64,000 nt of DNA from a virus (taxonomy: Duplodnaviria; Caudoviricetes). Below the pieces are notes generated by a model. That model saw only the letters and a list, made by a program, of their open reading frames with translations. It made no database searches and was not told the DNA's origin. Each line of letters starts with the position of its first letter. Within the stretch, counting starts at the first letter, position 1. Shown piece by piece: positions 23,974 to 35,215 of the stretch. Location of the stretch: IMG/VR virus record IMGVR_UViG_2654587505_000001, positions 64,001 to 128,000 of that record; one strand, given 5' to 3'. A program made the translations under genes and the position numbers.

Positions 23974-25062
23974 TTGCAAAAGGCATATAAGTTTAGAATA
24001 TATCCAAATAAGAAACAAATACAACAAATAAACAAAACTTTTGGTTGTTCTCGTTTTGTATATAATTATTTTCTAGATAAACGAATTAAAATTTATGAAG
24101 AAAACAAAGAAACTTTGTCTTATGGCAAATGTTCATCTATCTTAACTATATTAAAGCAGGAAAAAGAATGGCTCAAAGAAGTGGATAAGTTTGCATTGCA
24201 GAATTCATTAAAAGATTTAGATCGGGCATATCAAAAATTCTTCAAAGAAAAAACTGGATTTCCTAAATTTAAATCTAAACATAATAATAGACAGTCTTAT
24301 CGAACTAATTACACGAATAATAATATTGAAATAAATGAAAATAAAATAAAACTACCTAAACTCGGATGGGTTAAATTTGCAAAATCCAGAGAAGTTGAGG
24401 GTAAAATATTAAATGTAACTATAAGTAAAAATCCAAGTGGAAAATATTTTGCATCTTTTTGTTGTGAAGTTGAAATTGTACAGTTACCAACTTCAGACAA
24501 TAAAATTGGACTAGATTTAGGTATTAAAGATTTTGTTATCAGTTCAAATGGAGACAAGATAGATAACCCAAAACATTTAATTAAATCTGAACAAAAATTA
24601 AAAAATTTACAACGGTCACTTTCACGAAAGAAAAAAGGAAGCAAAAATAGAAATAAAGTAAGAATCAAACTTGCAAAGCAGCATGAAAAAATTTCTAATC
24701 AACGATTGGATTTTCTTCACAAACTGTCAACCAAACTTATTAGCGAAAACCAAGTAATTTATTTGGAAGATTTGAAAGTGAAGAATATGCAACAGAATGA
24801 GCGCTTGGCTAAAAATATAGCAGACGCATCTTGGAGTAAGTTTAGGAACATACTTGAATATAAAGCAAAATGGTATGGAAGAGAAGTAAAGATACTTGAT
24901 CGATGGTTTCCATCCAGTAAAACGTGCTCTTGTTGTGGATTCAAAAATGAAAAATTAACATTGGATATTCGTGAATGGACATGTGAAAATTGTGGTGAAA
25001 ACCATGATCGAGATATTAATGCTGCGGTAAATATCCTTCAACAGGGATTAAAGTTAGCGTAA
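23974..25062 (+). CDS. tnpB: RNA-guided endonuclease TnpB
   Basis: KAYKFRIYP; RuvC motifs GLDLG / LEDL / DRDINAA intact; Zn finger. Confidence 0.95.
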   Translation: MQKAYKFRIYPNKKQIQQINKTFGCSRFVYNYFLDKRIKIYEENKETLSYGKCSSILTILKQEKEWLKEVDKFALQNSLKDLDRAYQKFFKEKTGFPKFKSKHNNRQSYRTNYTNNNIEINENKIKLPKLGWVKFAKSREVEGKILNVTISKNPSGKYFASFCCEVEIVQLPTSDNKIGLDLGIKDFVISSNGDKIDNPKHLIKSEQKLKNLQRSLSRKKKGSKNRNKVRIKLAKQHEKISNQRLDFLHKLSTKLISENQVIYLEDLKVKNMQQNERLAKNIADASWSKFRNILEYKAKWYGREVKILDRWFPSSKTCSCCGFKNEKLTLDIREWTCENCGENHDRDINAAVNILQQGLKLA

Positions 25063-25180
25063 CAAAATTAACCGTAGGAACTACGGGGATAGCTTGCTAA
25101 TTCTATTCTCATTAGAGAATATGGCGCAAGAATCCCGCGACTTTAGTCGTGGGAGGTTCAATGGAAGTGAGAGAATGCTT
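25021..25180 (+). ncRNA. TnpB omega/reRNA (right-end scaffold plus flanking guide)
   Basis: Lies at the IS right end; contains accgtaggaactacggggatagc and the terminal hairpin. The 5' end is approximate. Confidence 0.65.
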
Positions 25181-25647
25181 GAAAATATGATTAATCAATT
25201 AAGTGACGAAGATCTTGAAAAATGTTTTTTAGAAATCGTTGAATGGCGGGAAAGCGGAGTTCTTCAAATGTATAGCATTATTCGTAAACAATGGGAAGAA
25301 TTTAAACAAAAATCCGGAATTGATACATTCCCGATTCATATGATGAGTGAGCCAATTTTGTTTGAGATTGCAAAACGTAAATATAGGGAAGAAGGGATTA
25401 ATGTATGAGCAAACTAATTGGTCACTATAAGAGTAGAACAGGATTCTATCATGCAATTGATAATGGAAGCGATAAGACTTATTGTGGTCTTAGGGTCGCA
25501 GATAATCCTAAGAGAAATTATCCGTATAGTACAAGAGCATGGATTGATTGTGATAAGTGTAAGAAGAAAATACCTGACGATGATGAATAACGATAAAAAG
25601 ATTCTTTTATCTGGATAAAAAAGGAGGAGAAAAATAAAATAAAATAT

Positions 25648-26316
25648 ATGGAAGAAAAGAAAATTGAGTATAAAAAATGTATAAACAAAAATTGTTTAAA
25701 TCCTTGGTTACCGAATACAGAAGAATTTTTTTACGGACAATGGTTTACTTACGCTAAAGGAAGAAAAGTGTATAAATTAAATACAGAATGTAAAGAGTGT
25801 AGGAAAAAGAGATCATTAAAATGGAAACATGATAACCCAGAAAAGAGAAAAGCAAATGACAGGAGATTTGATTCAAAGCCTGAAAGAAAAGAGGTGATGA
25901 GGAAGGCTGCAAAAAAGCAAAGGTTAGAAGGAAAACAAAAGGAATGGAGACAAAACAATCCTGATCGAGTCAGTCTCCATAACGAAAAAAGAAGACTTCA
26001 TAAAAATCACAAAATAAAACAATCAGAGTGGGATGCTTGTAGATTATATTTTGATTATCGTTGTGCTTATTGTGGTATGAGTTATGAAGAACATTATGAA
26101 ATATACAAACAAGACCTTCATAAAGAACATGTTGACGATGATGGCGCTAATGATTTAAGCAACTGTATCCCATCTTGCAGAAGTTGTAACAGTCAAAAAT
26201 GGGAATTTGAATTTGAAGAATGGTATAATAAGAATAATCCAAATTATTCCGAGGAAAGATACAACAAAATAACGAAGTGGTTAGATGAGGACTGCAAAAA
26301 GTACATAATAAAGTAA
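25648..26316 (+). CDS. HNH endonuclease
   Basis: CAYCG...HKEHV...NDLSNCIPSCRSCNSQK. Confidence 0.85.
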   Translation: MEEKKIEYKKCINKNCLNPWLPNTEEFFYGQWFTYAKGRKVYKLNTECKECRKKRSLKWKHDNPEKRKANDRRFDSKPERKEVMRKAAKKQRLEGKQKEWRQNNPDRVSLHNEKRRLHKNHKIKQSEWDACRLYFDYRCAYCGMSYEEHYEIYKQDLHKEHVDDDGANDLSNCIPSCRSCNSQKWEFEFEEWYNKNNPNYSEERYNKITKWLDEDCKKYIIK

Positions 26317-27125
26317 AGTTCCAATAATATAACGGTTTTATCGGAGGTGAAGATGGTTGTATAAAGTGGTGATGTGGCGGTACGGATGCAGGTATATTGA
26401 AGAAGTTGATACGTTAAAAGATGCAGAATTTTTTGCTGAATATATGGATGAAGCTTTTGTTGAATACATCCTTGATGAACAAGATGTCATCGTGAATGAC
26501 TACAAAAAGCATGTAATTGGAGTTTGGGAGAACAGACAGGGTGAGAAGTATATATTTAAATAAAACGATGATTTTATAAGGAGGATTAAAGTTGGGATTT
26601 ACTGAAGATTACATGATGAAACTTAATAATTGTAATGTTATAACTGTTTTAATTGGAAGCGGAGAATTTCTAGATTATGATACAAACGAAGTTTATACAA
26701 TTCATAATATCAAACTACCATTTACTTCAAATGGCAAACATATTTCTGTCTATTCTCAGAAAGCTGGTTTCGAAGATGTACTTGAAAATAGAGAATACTT
26801 TGACGGTAAGATTTTAAATTTTACGTGTACTAAAGTAGAACATTGGTAAAACAAATAAAATGACGATTTTAAAGTAAATTTAATATTAAGTGAAAAATAT
26901 AGAAAACTATTGAAAATAAACTTATTACATGCTAATATATGACTAAGGAACAAATTAATTGCAGACTACATTTGATAAATAAAATAAATATTATATAAAA
27001 CATAGGTTTTCACAAAGAATATACATATTTTCGTGTCTTTTTGGCATGGAAAGATGTATATTTTTCTTTTATAATGGGTTATAATGTAATTGTAATCAAA
27101 TCAAAATATAGTTAATTTAGAAAGG

Positions 27126-28520
27126 GTGTATAACATGTCGGAAACAAAAGAATTAAATGTGGTTGAGTTTTTAACTAACTCCTTTGAAGAAATATCAAAA
27201 GATCGTAAAGCAATGACAGAGATTGATGACTTACTGTTTACTGTTTATAAATTTCCAATTGGATTTTTTCAAGAATTAGTTGTCAATCCTGAAAAATTAG
27301 ATGAATTAGAAGAAGTGGAGTTAATTGTTTTACTCATTGCAATTAACAAAGTAATTAATTTAGAAATGTACAGTCCATATAATTATTTTAGTGAAAATAA
27401 AGTTAAAAAGTCTCTGAAATATAGATATAGCAAGCAAGAAGAACCATTGAATTTTCCACTTATTTATGAAGATATAACTGCTGGAAGCGATGTTGACTGT
27501 ATAACATATTTATCATATCAAGAAATTAAGAGGCATGTGGAACAATTGTGGACTTACAATTTTGCCACACAAAGACTTCCAGTTGAAACTGTTAAGAAAA
27601 ATGGGGAAATAACAAAAAAACCAAAATTATTTAAGAACAGCGTTAAAGAAATTGCCCAATTAATATCTGAGGGAAGATTTAAACCAGATGCTCCAATTGT
27701 TATTAATGTGATGAGAAATGGAGAAGATGAATTCTATATTGATAAAGATAATCATAGACTAATTATTGAAAAAGCCACTGAACAAAATATTGTGGATGGA
27801 TTCCATAGAATCAGTGGTGTATTAGCGGCTTTGGAAAAAGACCCAGATTTAGAAGGATATTTATATGTTACGTTTAGAAACTACACATTAGAAGAAGCGA
27901 GTGAATTTTTAGGTCAGCACAACTCATTTAATGTTTATGATAGAACACATGTGAGGTTCTTAAAAGCTCTTGAACTACCTGATAAGATTGTAAAAGATAT
28001 AGAGTCTAAATCAGATCTTCGTGGTAGAATAGCATATAAAACAGCAGTTGAACGCAAGAAAAATAAAATTACGAATTTTGCTGTCTTATCAAATGCAATT
28101 AGAGATACTTTTAACCCACAAACAGGGAAAGATCGTATTGAAGTAACATATGTCTTAGCTAGATTTTTCGATTACTTGTTAGGTAGTTATCCTGAAGCAT
28201 TTATTGGGACTAAAAACGTAGAAGAAACTTGGAAAAAATCTTGGATCAATCACCATAACACTTTCGTTTTATATGTAACACTTGCTTATGGGTTGTATAA
28301 ACATTTTGGAAAAGATTTCCCGCTTGATGAAATTACTAAAATTGTTGATAGTATTGACTTTACTAAAGAAAATGGACATCAATTCAACGATTTATTAACT
28401 GATGGTGGTACTGCACAAGGTAAAATAAATTCAGATCAGACAAAGCGTAAAATCAGACAGTTCGGAGAGAAGATAATTGCTGATATGTATGGAGCAATAA
28501 AAGAAGAAAATGTTTCATAA
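27126..28520 (+). CDS. ParB/DndB-like protein (SPbeta YopQ-like)
   Basis: YNFATQR and IVDGFHR (DGQHR-type) motifs; directly upstream of the YopR-like gene. Confidence 0.7.
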   Translation: MYNMSETKELNVVEFLTNSFEEISKDRKAMTEIDDLLFTVYKFPIGFFQELVVNPEKLDELEEVELIVLLIAINKVINLEMYSPYNYFSENKVKKSLKYRYSKQEEPLNFPLIYEDITAGSDVDCITYLSYQEIKRHVEQLWTYNFATQRLPVETVKKNGEITKKPKLFKNSVKEIAQLISEGRFKPDAPIVINVMRNGEDEFYIDKDNHRLIIEKATEQNIVDGFHRISGVLAALEKDPDLEGYLYVTFRNYTLEEASEFLGQHNSFNVYDRTHVRFLKALELPDKIVKDIESKSDLRGRIAYKTAVERKKNKITNFAVLSNAIRDTFNPQTGKDRIEVTYVLARFFDYLLGSYPEAFIGTKNVEETWKKSWINHHNTFVLYVTLAYGLYKHFGKDFPLDEITKIVDSIDFTKENGHQFNDLLTDGGTAQGKINSDQTKRKIRQFGEKIIADMYGAIKEENVS

Positions 28521-28528
28521 TAAGAAAG

Positions 28529-29521
28529 GTGGATTTTACAATGTCTAATATGATATATGAAGACAAGATGTATAATGAAGAGATAAAAGAGGAATTTCTG
28601 AGTTATCTTGATAATGAAGGCTATCAAGATAACTACAGAAGATTTTTTAAAATAGCTTATCCCATAGAAAGTCAACTAAAAAAAGACTTATATGATTTTA
28701 CAAGAGATGAACTTAGAGGTTATTTTTATCGTATAATGCCCAAGACAGTTAAAGCAAGTAGAACAATCGTTTCTCATTTAAGTAACTACATTGATTGGGC
28801 GATTGAAAAAGGATATAAAAGAACTAATTTGAATCCATTGTTACTGACAGATAACGAATGGAGAGAGCAGTTCGCACAAAAGCAACTTAAATCATATTGG
28901 ACGGATGCTGAAATCAGAAAAATAGTTGAAAGTAGAGCAAATAATCAAGATGCGATTATTTTGCTTCTGCCATTCAACGGTGTTTATGGTAAGGGTGGTA
29001 GCGAGATATTAAATTTAACCTATAGAAATATTGATAAAAACAATAATCAATTAACACTACATGATTCGGATAGTGACAATTCTTGGAGAACAATAACAGT
29101 CGATGAAGATTTAATCAATGCTTGTCTTAAAGCTTATGAAGAAACGGATTATGAAGTAATGAATGGAAATCCAAGTCCTGATGCAGCAAGAAAAAGCATA
29201 GATTTGGTGGATAATGATTATATTGTTAGATTGGCTAGAACAAGAGTGAATGAAAATGCAAAAGCTGATCATAATATATTGCATAGAAGAATGAGAAAGA
29301 TAGCAGATGAAATTAACGAACCTAATTTTACGACCAAGAATATAGTGTACTCTGGTATGATTGCAATGGCAAAAAATCTTTATTTAGAAAGCGGTAAGTT
29401 AGAGCAAGAAGAGTATGAAAAAATAATGAAACAATTTAATTTTGATACCACAAAGTTGTATAGATATAAAAATGATTTTTTGAATTTAGAAACGATAAAA
29501 GAGTTATACAATTTAGCCTAG
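28529..29521 (+). CDS. Tyrosine-recombinase-fold repressor (SPbeta YopR/MrpR-like), apparently non-catalytic
   Basis: MYNEEIKEEFL, KDLYDF, YIDWA, GVYGKGGSEILNL and KNIVYSGMI; lacks the catalytic Arg and HxLR. Confidence 0.75.
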   Translation: MDFTMSNMIYEDKMYNEEIKEEFLSYLDNEGYQDNYRRFFKIAYPIESQLKKDLYDFTRDELRGYFYRIMPKTVKASRTIVSHLSNYIDWAIEKGYKRTNLNPLLLTDNEWREQFAQKQLKSYWTDAEIRKIVESRANNQDAIILLLPFNGVYGKGGSEILNLTYRNIDKNNNQLTLHDSDSDNSWRTITVDEDLINACLKAYEETDYEVMNGNPSPDAARKSIDLVDNDYIVRLARTRVNENAKADHNILHRRMRKIADEINEPNFTTKNIVYSGMIAMAKNLYLESGKLEQEEYEKIMKQFNFDTTKLYRYKNDFLNLETIKELYNLA

Positions 29522-29624
29522 AATAATCTAGGCTTTTTATATTTTTTAGTTATTGACTGTATAAAGTAAAATATGGTAATATGAAAATAGTTAAATGAAT
29601 AATACATATTAGGGAGATGGTTTT

Positions 29625-31894
29625 GTGAATTATGAAGTTTATGGTAGGCTTGAAGTTCATTTTAAACATTTTGTTGATGCTGATTCTCATAATGAAGCGA
29701 CTGAAAAAGTTGAAAAATTATTAAATGGTATCGCTAAATTGGATGGTGATTTATATATGAAAGATGGAAGAGAGCTACCTATAATTTCTGATCGAGTGAA
29801 AATTTTGTTGTATGATGTGACTAGGGAAGATGAATTATGATAGTTATGAATATAAATAAAAAATGTACATACTATAAAAAAATTAAAAGGAAATTATATT
29901 GATTTTTTAGGTAAAAAATTGTTATTATTGAATTAAGAAGAAAAACGTTGAATATGATGTTAAAATGGTTATTTTATAGGAGGAATTTTTGTATGGTGAA
30001 ATTTAGATTTAGTGTAAGCACTGGATATGTTGGAAGTGAGAAATCAGAAATCATTGAAATTGACGATGAGGATTTGGAAGGACGAAGTGATGAAGAAAGA
30101 GCAAAAGTGATTGACGAATATTTTAATGAATGGATTTGGGAACAACTTTATACTGGCATTGAAGAAATTGAAGAATAGGTAAGCGAAAATAATACATTTA
30201 TTGGGAGATGAGGAGTCATTAAGATGGTGCAGTGTGAAGCATTAGAAGATTTAATTTATCATGGTTGGGGTTATGATGAAGTGGTTATCGCCCAAGGTGG
30301 AATTTTTCAAGCTAAGTATTATGAAGGTGATCCGTATGTAATCGTGAATGCATCTGGTTTTAAAGATGGAGTCGAATTTGTAGGATTAGCAAAAGTAAGA
30401 ATTATTAATGAGGATTGACGACGCTTTGATAAAACACCTTTTATGGGGAGATGAAGAAGGTTAATGGACATATGGAAAGTAGAACAAATAAATCGAGAAG
30501 ATTGGTCGGGAAAAAATAACGCTGTATCAATTAAATTAGTTGATAATGAGTATAGAGATTCTGAAGCGTATATCAAATGGGATGGGTGTATAGATTTTAG
30601 ACAATACTCGAATGGATATTCTCCAGACTCCGAGCACTCTAAAGAAAAAGCGGATAATTGTGACTACATACACATATGTGATATCGACAAAATGATTGAA
30701 AAATTACAAGCAATTAAAAAAGTCGCAGAAGAATATTTTAGCAAAGAAGATTTTGAAGCATATTGGAACACCAAATAAAAAGAATAATTTTATGAGGTGA
30801 TGAAAGTGGCGAACCAACATGTTAAAGAGCGATTTACTCAAGTGCCCTTAGATAAATATAAGGAGTTTTTAAAAGTATTGGATGAGAAATATAATGGTTA
30901 TCGGTATGTTCCAAATGTGATGGCAGAAAGAACAGAAATTTACTATATGGACGATAAAATATATAACAACATGATTGCGGTCAGGTATATGCAAATGTAT
31001 GATGATCCTGAAACTTACTGGATAAAGAAAGAGTTAATCACAGAATAAAATAAATATTTATTAGGAGATGTTATCCAAATGTATAAAGTCTGTTTTGTCG
31101 TAAATGTTTTAGATGATATGGGAGACGTTATGAAAGGATATCTTAAGGTGTTGGAGTTGCCTTTTGTTCCAACAGTAGGAATGAAATTTAAGCAAGGAAT
31201 TAGTGCGTGGATGTGGGAAACAGAACTTGGAGAAGTCGATCCTCCTATTAAAGAAGTGGTTTATAATTTGGATGAAGAAATGTTTTTTTGTCTATTTCAT
31301 ATATACGGACTATCGCTAAGGTCGAGTTTCTGGAAAGAATATAATTTAGAACAAATTGATAGGAGTTTTGAATTCTCTCAGATTAAATTAAGACATTGAA
31401 ATAATACATTTATTGGAAATTGGGGTGAAGAAAGAGTGGGAATGTATTATAGTTTGAGATGCAAACTAAAATTAAAACAGGAGTTTATTCCACAAATCGA
31501 TTCATTACTAAATGATGCTGACGCTGAGTGGAGCAATATAACGGACATCGAATCAATTAAAGATTATAGCACAGATTCGCGCTCTTCTTTCATTCCATTT
31601 GGTGTGTTAGCCTATTCTCCAGACAATTGGGATGATGAGCCGTGGAGAAATGAAATTGAAGATGACATTTGGACGTTTCAATGTAGTGTGAAAACTTCAA
31701 GTACAATACGTTCGTTTTTTAAAAATGTAGTTCCAGTTATCTCCGAAAAATCATTACATATTGAATATTTTTATGAAGAAAATGATTTTGCTGATTTGTA
31801 TGAATTGAGAGATGGAGCGGTCGTTGCAACGGGAGAAAAAATAAAGTATGGATATAAAGATGAAGACCCTTGGCGACTAGTTCAAATAGAATAA
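29625..31894 (+). other. Array of small hypothetical ORFs (29625-29840, 29948-30178, 30224-30418, 30464-30778, 30797-31048, 31079-31399, 31436-31894)
   Basis: RBS-bearing ORFs; promoters at 29553 and 29899; junction sites between them. Confidence 0.75.
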
Positions 31895-31920
31895 AACATT
31901 TATTTGGAAAAGGTGAGATC

Positions 31921-32343
31921 ATGTCAACACTAACAAGAGCTATCATTATGGCTACTGAAGCGCATGAAGGCCAAGTTGATAAAGGTGGTAATCCATACAT
32001 ACTGCATCCATTACGGTTGTTAACTAAAGCAAGTGATGAGAATGCAAGGATTGTTGCTGTGCTGCATGATGTAATTGAAGATACAGATCTTACACTGGAG
32101 CATCTGCGGAAGGAAGGTTTTAACGAGATTATTATTGAAGCCTTGGATTGTTTGACAAGATGTAAAAATGAATCATATGATGAGTTTATTCAAAGGATCA
32201 AATCAAACGACTTAGCACGGTATGTGAAGTTATTGGACTTAGACGATAACAGTGATATTACGAGAATTCAGAATCCCACAGATAAGGATTATGAGCGTTT
32301 GAGGAAGTATAAAAAGGCAGTATCTGATTTATTGTCATTATAA
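31921..32343 (+). CDS. Small alarmone hydrolase-like HD protein (RelA/SpoT HD domain)
   Basis: AHEGQVDKGGNPYILHP...AVLHDVIEDT...VKLLDLDDN. Confidence 0.85.
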   Translation: MSTLTRAIIMATEAHEGQVDKGGNPYILHPLRLLTKASDENARIVAVLHDVIEDTDLTLEHLRKEGFNEIIIEALDCLTRCKNESYDEFIQRIKSNDLARYVKLLDLDDNSDITRIQNPTDKDYERLRKYKKAVSDLLSL

Positions 32344-32385
32344 AATAAGACAACGAAACGAGTCTTTTATTAGGAGATGATATAA

Positions 32386-32853
32386 ATGGGAATGTATACG
32401 AGTTTTCGTTGCAAACTGAAACTAAAAAGAGAGTTTGTTCCAGTTATCGAAGATATGATGTCTAAAGGTTTAGGTTGGAATGAATTGAACACTGACAATG
32501 CGGAAATAAAGGAATTTAGTCTATATAACAGAGCAGATTTTATTCCATATGGAGGTTTGGCTTATGCTCCTGATATGTGGGATCAAGAAAACAGTACCAC
32601 TTGGAAACGTCAGATTGAAAATGGCATTTGGACTTTTCAATGTAGTTGTAAAAATAGTGAAACTTTTAGAGAATTTATGAGAAAAGTAGTTCCTGTTATT
32701 GCAGAGGAATCTGTCCATCTTGAGTTGTTTTATGAGGAAGACATCTATTCTACAATGTACCGACTCATTGATGGAAAAGTTGAGGAAATTGAAGAAAAGA
32801 ATAAATATGGATACGATGACGATGATTATAAGAGTGGATGGTCGTCTCTATAA
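32386..32853 (+). CDS. Hypothetical protein, paralog of 31436-31894
   Basis: MGMYTSFRCKLKLK vs MGMYYSLRCKLKLK; shared FIP.G..AY.PD.WD and WTFQCS. Confidence 0.8.
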   Translation: MGMYTSFRCKLKLKREFVPVIEDMMSKGLGWNELNTDNAEIKEFSLYNRADFIPYGGLAYAPDMWDQENSTTWKRQIENGIWTFQCSCKNSETFREFMRKVVPVIAEESVHLELFYEEDIYSTMYRLIDGKVEEIEEKNKYGYDDDDYKSGWSSL

Positions 32854-33185
32854 CAATTTCTATAGCAAATAAGAGGTAATGAAATCGAAGTTTTATGATA
32901 AACAATTAAATAAAAAATACAAAAATAGTTGTTGTAAGTATTGACTTAGAAAATTGAAAAATGATATATTAACTATGCGAACGAGAGATATATTTATAAG
33001 CCAAATGAGTAAAAAATCATTTCATTAACAAAAAGAAAAGAGGAAATGATGTGACAAATTCACCATTAGTGATTTCAGTTGAGAAGATCATCAAGCAGCT
33101 AGGATTGAGTATAGATAAAGCTCTTGATGCAATTGGAATCAAGAATGGTTTGAAATAGTGATTACTTCATAAAAAATGTGAAAGG

Positions 33186-34148
33186 ATGTGTCGTAAAATG
33201 AACACTAATAAATCTCCACCAACACCGAATTACGGTTCATTTGAGGTAAGAGGGATTGTTACTGGAACATTAAATGAACAACGTTTTTACTCTGAAGGAG
33301 ACAAAAAAAATAATCCTTGGAGAAGAATACAATTTGGGGTGAAAGTAAATCATAATGCTTTCGTTTATGCTGAGTTACTTGGAATAAAAACTCCAAAAGT
33401 GAAATTAATATACCAAGATCCTTTTACTAAAAAAATAGATAAAAATCAACAGTTACTTGTTGATTTTGATGATAGATATAAAGTGAAAAATAATTATCGA
33501 ATACATATGCCAGTAAAATTAAATCTAACAGCAAATAAATTGGAAGATAAAGAATTAATCCCATATGATGCTATCGAGTACATCAAAAATAATCTCAAAG
33601 AAGGTGATTCGGTTTTAATAAGTGGATCGCTTCAGATAGTAGAATATCAAGGTAAGCCACAAGAAAAATACATAATAAACGGAATATATTTGACCGATAA
33701 GATTGATTTTGATTGCAAGAACTATGAACAACAAGCATATTTTAACCAAGAGATTGTATTTACAGGACTCAAATATGACGACTATAGTAAGAAACATAAA
33801 ATTTCATCAAATATAATATATAAAAAAGATAATCATTTAGATTATGTTCCATATGATTTTGCAATTAAAGATGAATATGTTGATGAATTAACTGATTATT
33901 TTAATCATGTCCCGTATGGATCAACAATAAAAATTCATGGACATGTTAATATAAGCGCACCAATGAAACAAATTGAAGGAAGATTTGTTGTTTGTGGAGC
34001 ACCAGTTAAAGAGTTGATAGTTACAGGTGGTAATGCTAGTTCACTTGTGAAATCAAGATATGAAGAAAATGATTTTATAATTATGAAACAAGGAAGTCCA
34101 TTTAAGGAAGCAGAGAAAGAATCTGTTGAAGAATTGCTACCATTTTAG
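33186..34148 (+). CDS. Putative OB-fold ssDNA-binding protein
   Basis: OB-like segments (GDSVLISGSL, GSTIKIHG) and an acidic tail ending EELLPF. Confidence 0.55.
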   Translation: MCRKMNTNKSPPTPNYGSFEVRGIVTGTLNEQRFYSEGDKKNNPWRRIQFGVKVNHNAFVYAELLGIKTPKVKLIYQDPFTKKIDKNQQLLVDFDDRYKVKNNYRIHMPVKLNLTANKLEDKELIPYDAIEYIKNNLKEGDSVLISGSLQIVEYQGKPQEKYIINGIYLTDKIDFDCKNYEQQAYFNQEIVFTGLKYDDYSKKHKISSNIIYKKDNHLDYVPYDFAIKDEYVDELTDYFNHVPYGSTIKIHGHVNISAPMKQIEGRFVVCGAPVKELIVTGGNASSLVKSRYEENDFIIMKQGSPFKEAEKESVEELLPF

Positions 34149-34274
34149 GAGGTGATAAAGCATCACTGACTCGCAGAGAAGTCCTCCAATTGTATAGTTT
34201 GAAGCTAAAATATGGATTTTGAAACATAAAATAAAAAATAAACTATACGATTAATTAGGAGAGATTATATACAT

Positions 34275-35195
34275 ATGACAACTGAAAAAACCATGCGTGA
34301 AGCGACTAATATTGCAGAAGTTGAAGGATTGGTAAAAGATATTCGAATTGAAAAGAAACTTGTTAGTGGTAAAGACGCTATTACAGGTGAGATTGATATT
34401 CAAGTTGAAGAAGGTTCCGTACATACATTCCGAGTGTTCTCTTATAAATTGAACAAAGAAGGAAATGAAAGTGGACTTTATAAAGGTATTGAAACTGTAA
34501 TGAATGAGTATAAGTCTATTGAGAAACATGGAATTGAAGATGCGGATAAAGTTCGCATTACTCAAGGTAAAATTGGTCTGAATGAATATTATGGTCAAGA
34601 TGATCAACTACGTTCTTTCCCACAATTGTCTACAAATTTTATTAATCGAGTTACAGACAACTTTGAACCTAAAGCAAAATTTGAGCTTGAAATGGTTGTA
34701 GCGAGTGTGAAAGAGGAAGTGAAAAACGAAGAAGAAACTGGCCGAGCAATTATTAAAGGTTACGTTCCTCTTTATGGTGGAAAAGTCATCCCTTTTGAAG
34801 TTGTTGTTGCAGAGAAAAAAGCCGTTGACTATGTATTGAATAATTATGAAAAAGGTAACACGGTAACGGTATTCGGAAACATTGTTAACAATACAATTGT
34901 CACAAAAAAAGAAATTGAAGTTGGATTTGGTCAACCCCAAGAGAAGATTACACGTACAACAGTTAGAGAGTATTTGGTTACAGGTGGCACTTCTCCGAAG
35001 GATGAAGATGACGAAGCTGCTTTTGATATGGAATTGATCAAAAAAGCGTTGAAAGAACGTGAGACATATTTGAAAGAATTGAAAGAAAAGAAGAAACAAC
35101 AAGAGGACAAAAAAGATAATGGTAATCCATTTGCTGAAGATAGGAAGAAAGGTAAAGTAACATTCGAGGATGACTCGGACAGCCTTCCATTTTAA
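34275..35195 (+). CDS. ssDNA-binding protein (SPbeta YorF-like)
   Basis: GNTVTVFGNI..GFGQ; tail DDSDSLPF; upstream of the Sak4-like ATPase. Confidence 0.7.
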   Translation: MTTEKTMREATNIAEVEGLVKDIRIEKKLVSGKDAITGEIDIQVEEGSVHTFRVFSYKLNKEGNESGLYKGIETVMNEYKSIEKHGIEDADKVRITQGKIGLNEYYGQDDQLRSFPQLSTNFINRVTDNFEPKAKFELEMVVASVKEEVKNEEETGRAIIKGYVPLYGGKVIPFEVVVAEKKAVDYVLNNYEKGNTVTVFGNIVNNTIVTKKEIEVGFGQPQEKITRTTVREYLVTGGTSPKDEDDEAAFDMELIKKALKERETYLKELKEKKKQQEDKKDNGNPFAEDRKKGKVTFEDDSDSLPF

Positions 35196-35215
35196 AATAG
35201 GAAGGATAATATAGA

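Larger units (their letters stand above)
23435..25161 (+). mobile_element. IS200/IS605-family element (tnpA + tnpB)
   Basis: Follows TTGAT (23430-23434); left-end hairpin at 23441-23480; right-end hairpin ends in TCAA at 25161. Confidence 0.9.

Noticed and set aside
28529-29521. Active integrase responsible for cassette movement
   Set aside because: The catalytic Arg and HxLR motifs are not recognisable; it fits the MrpR-like repressor better.
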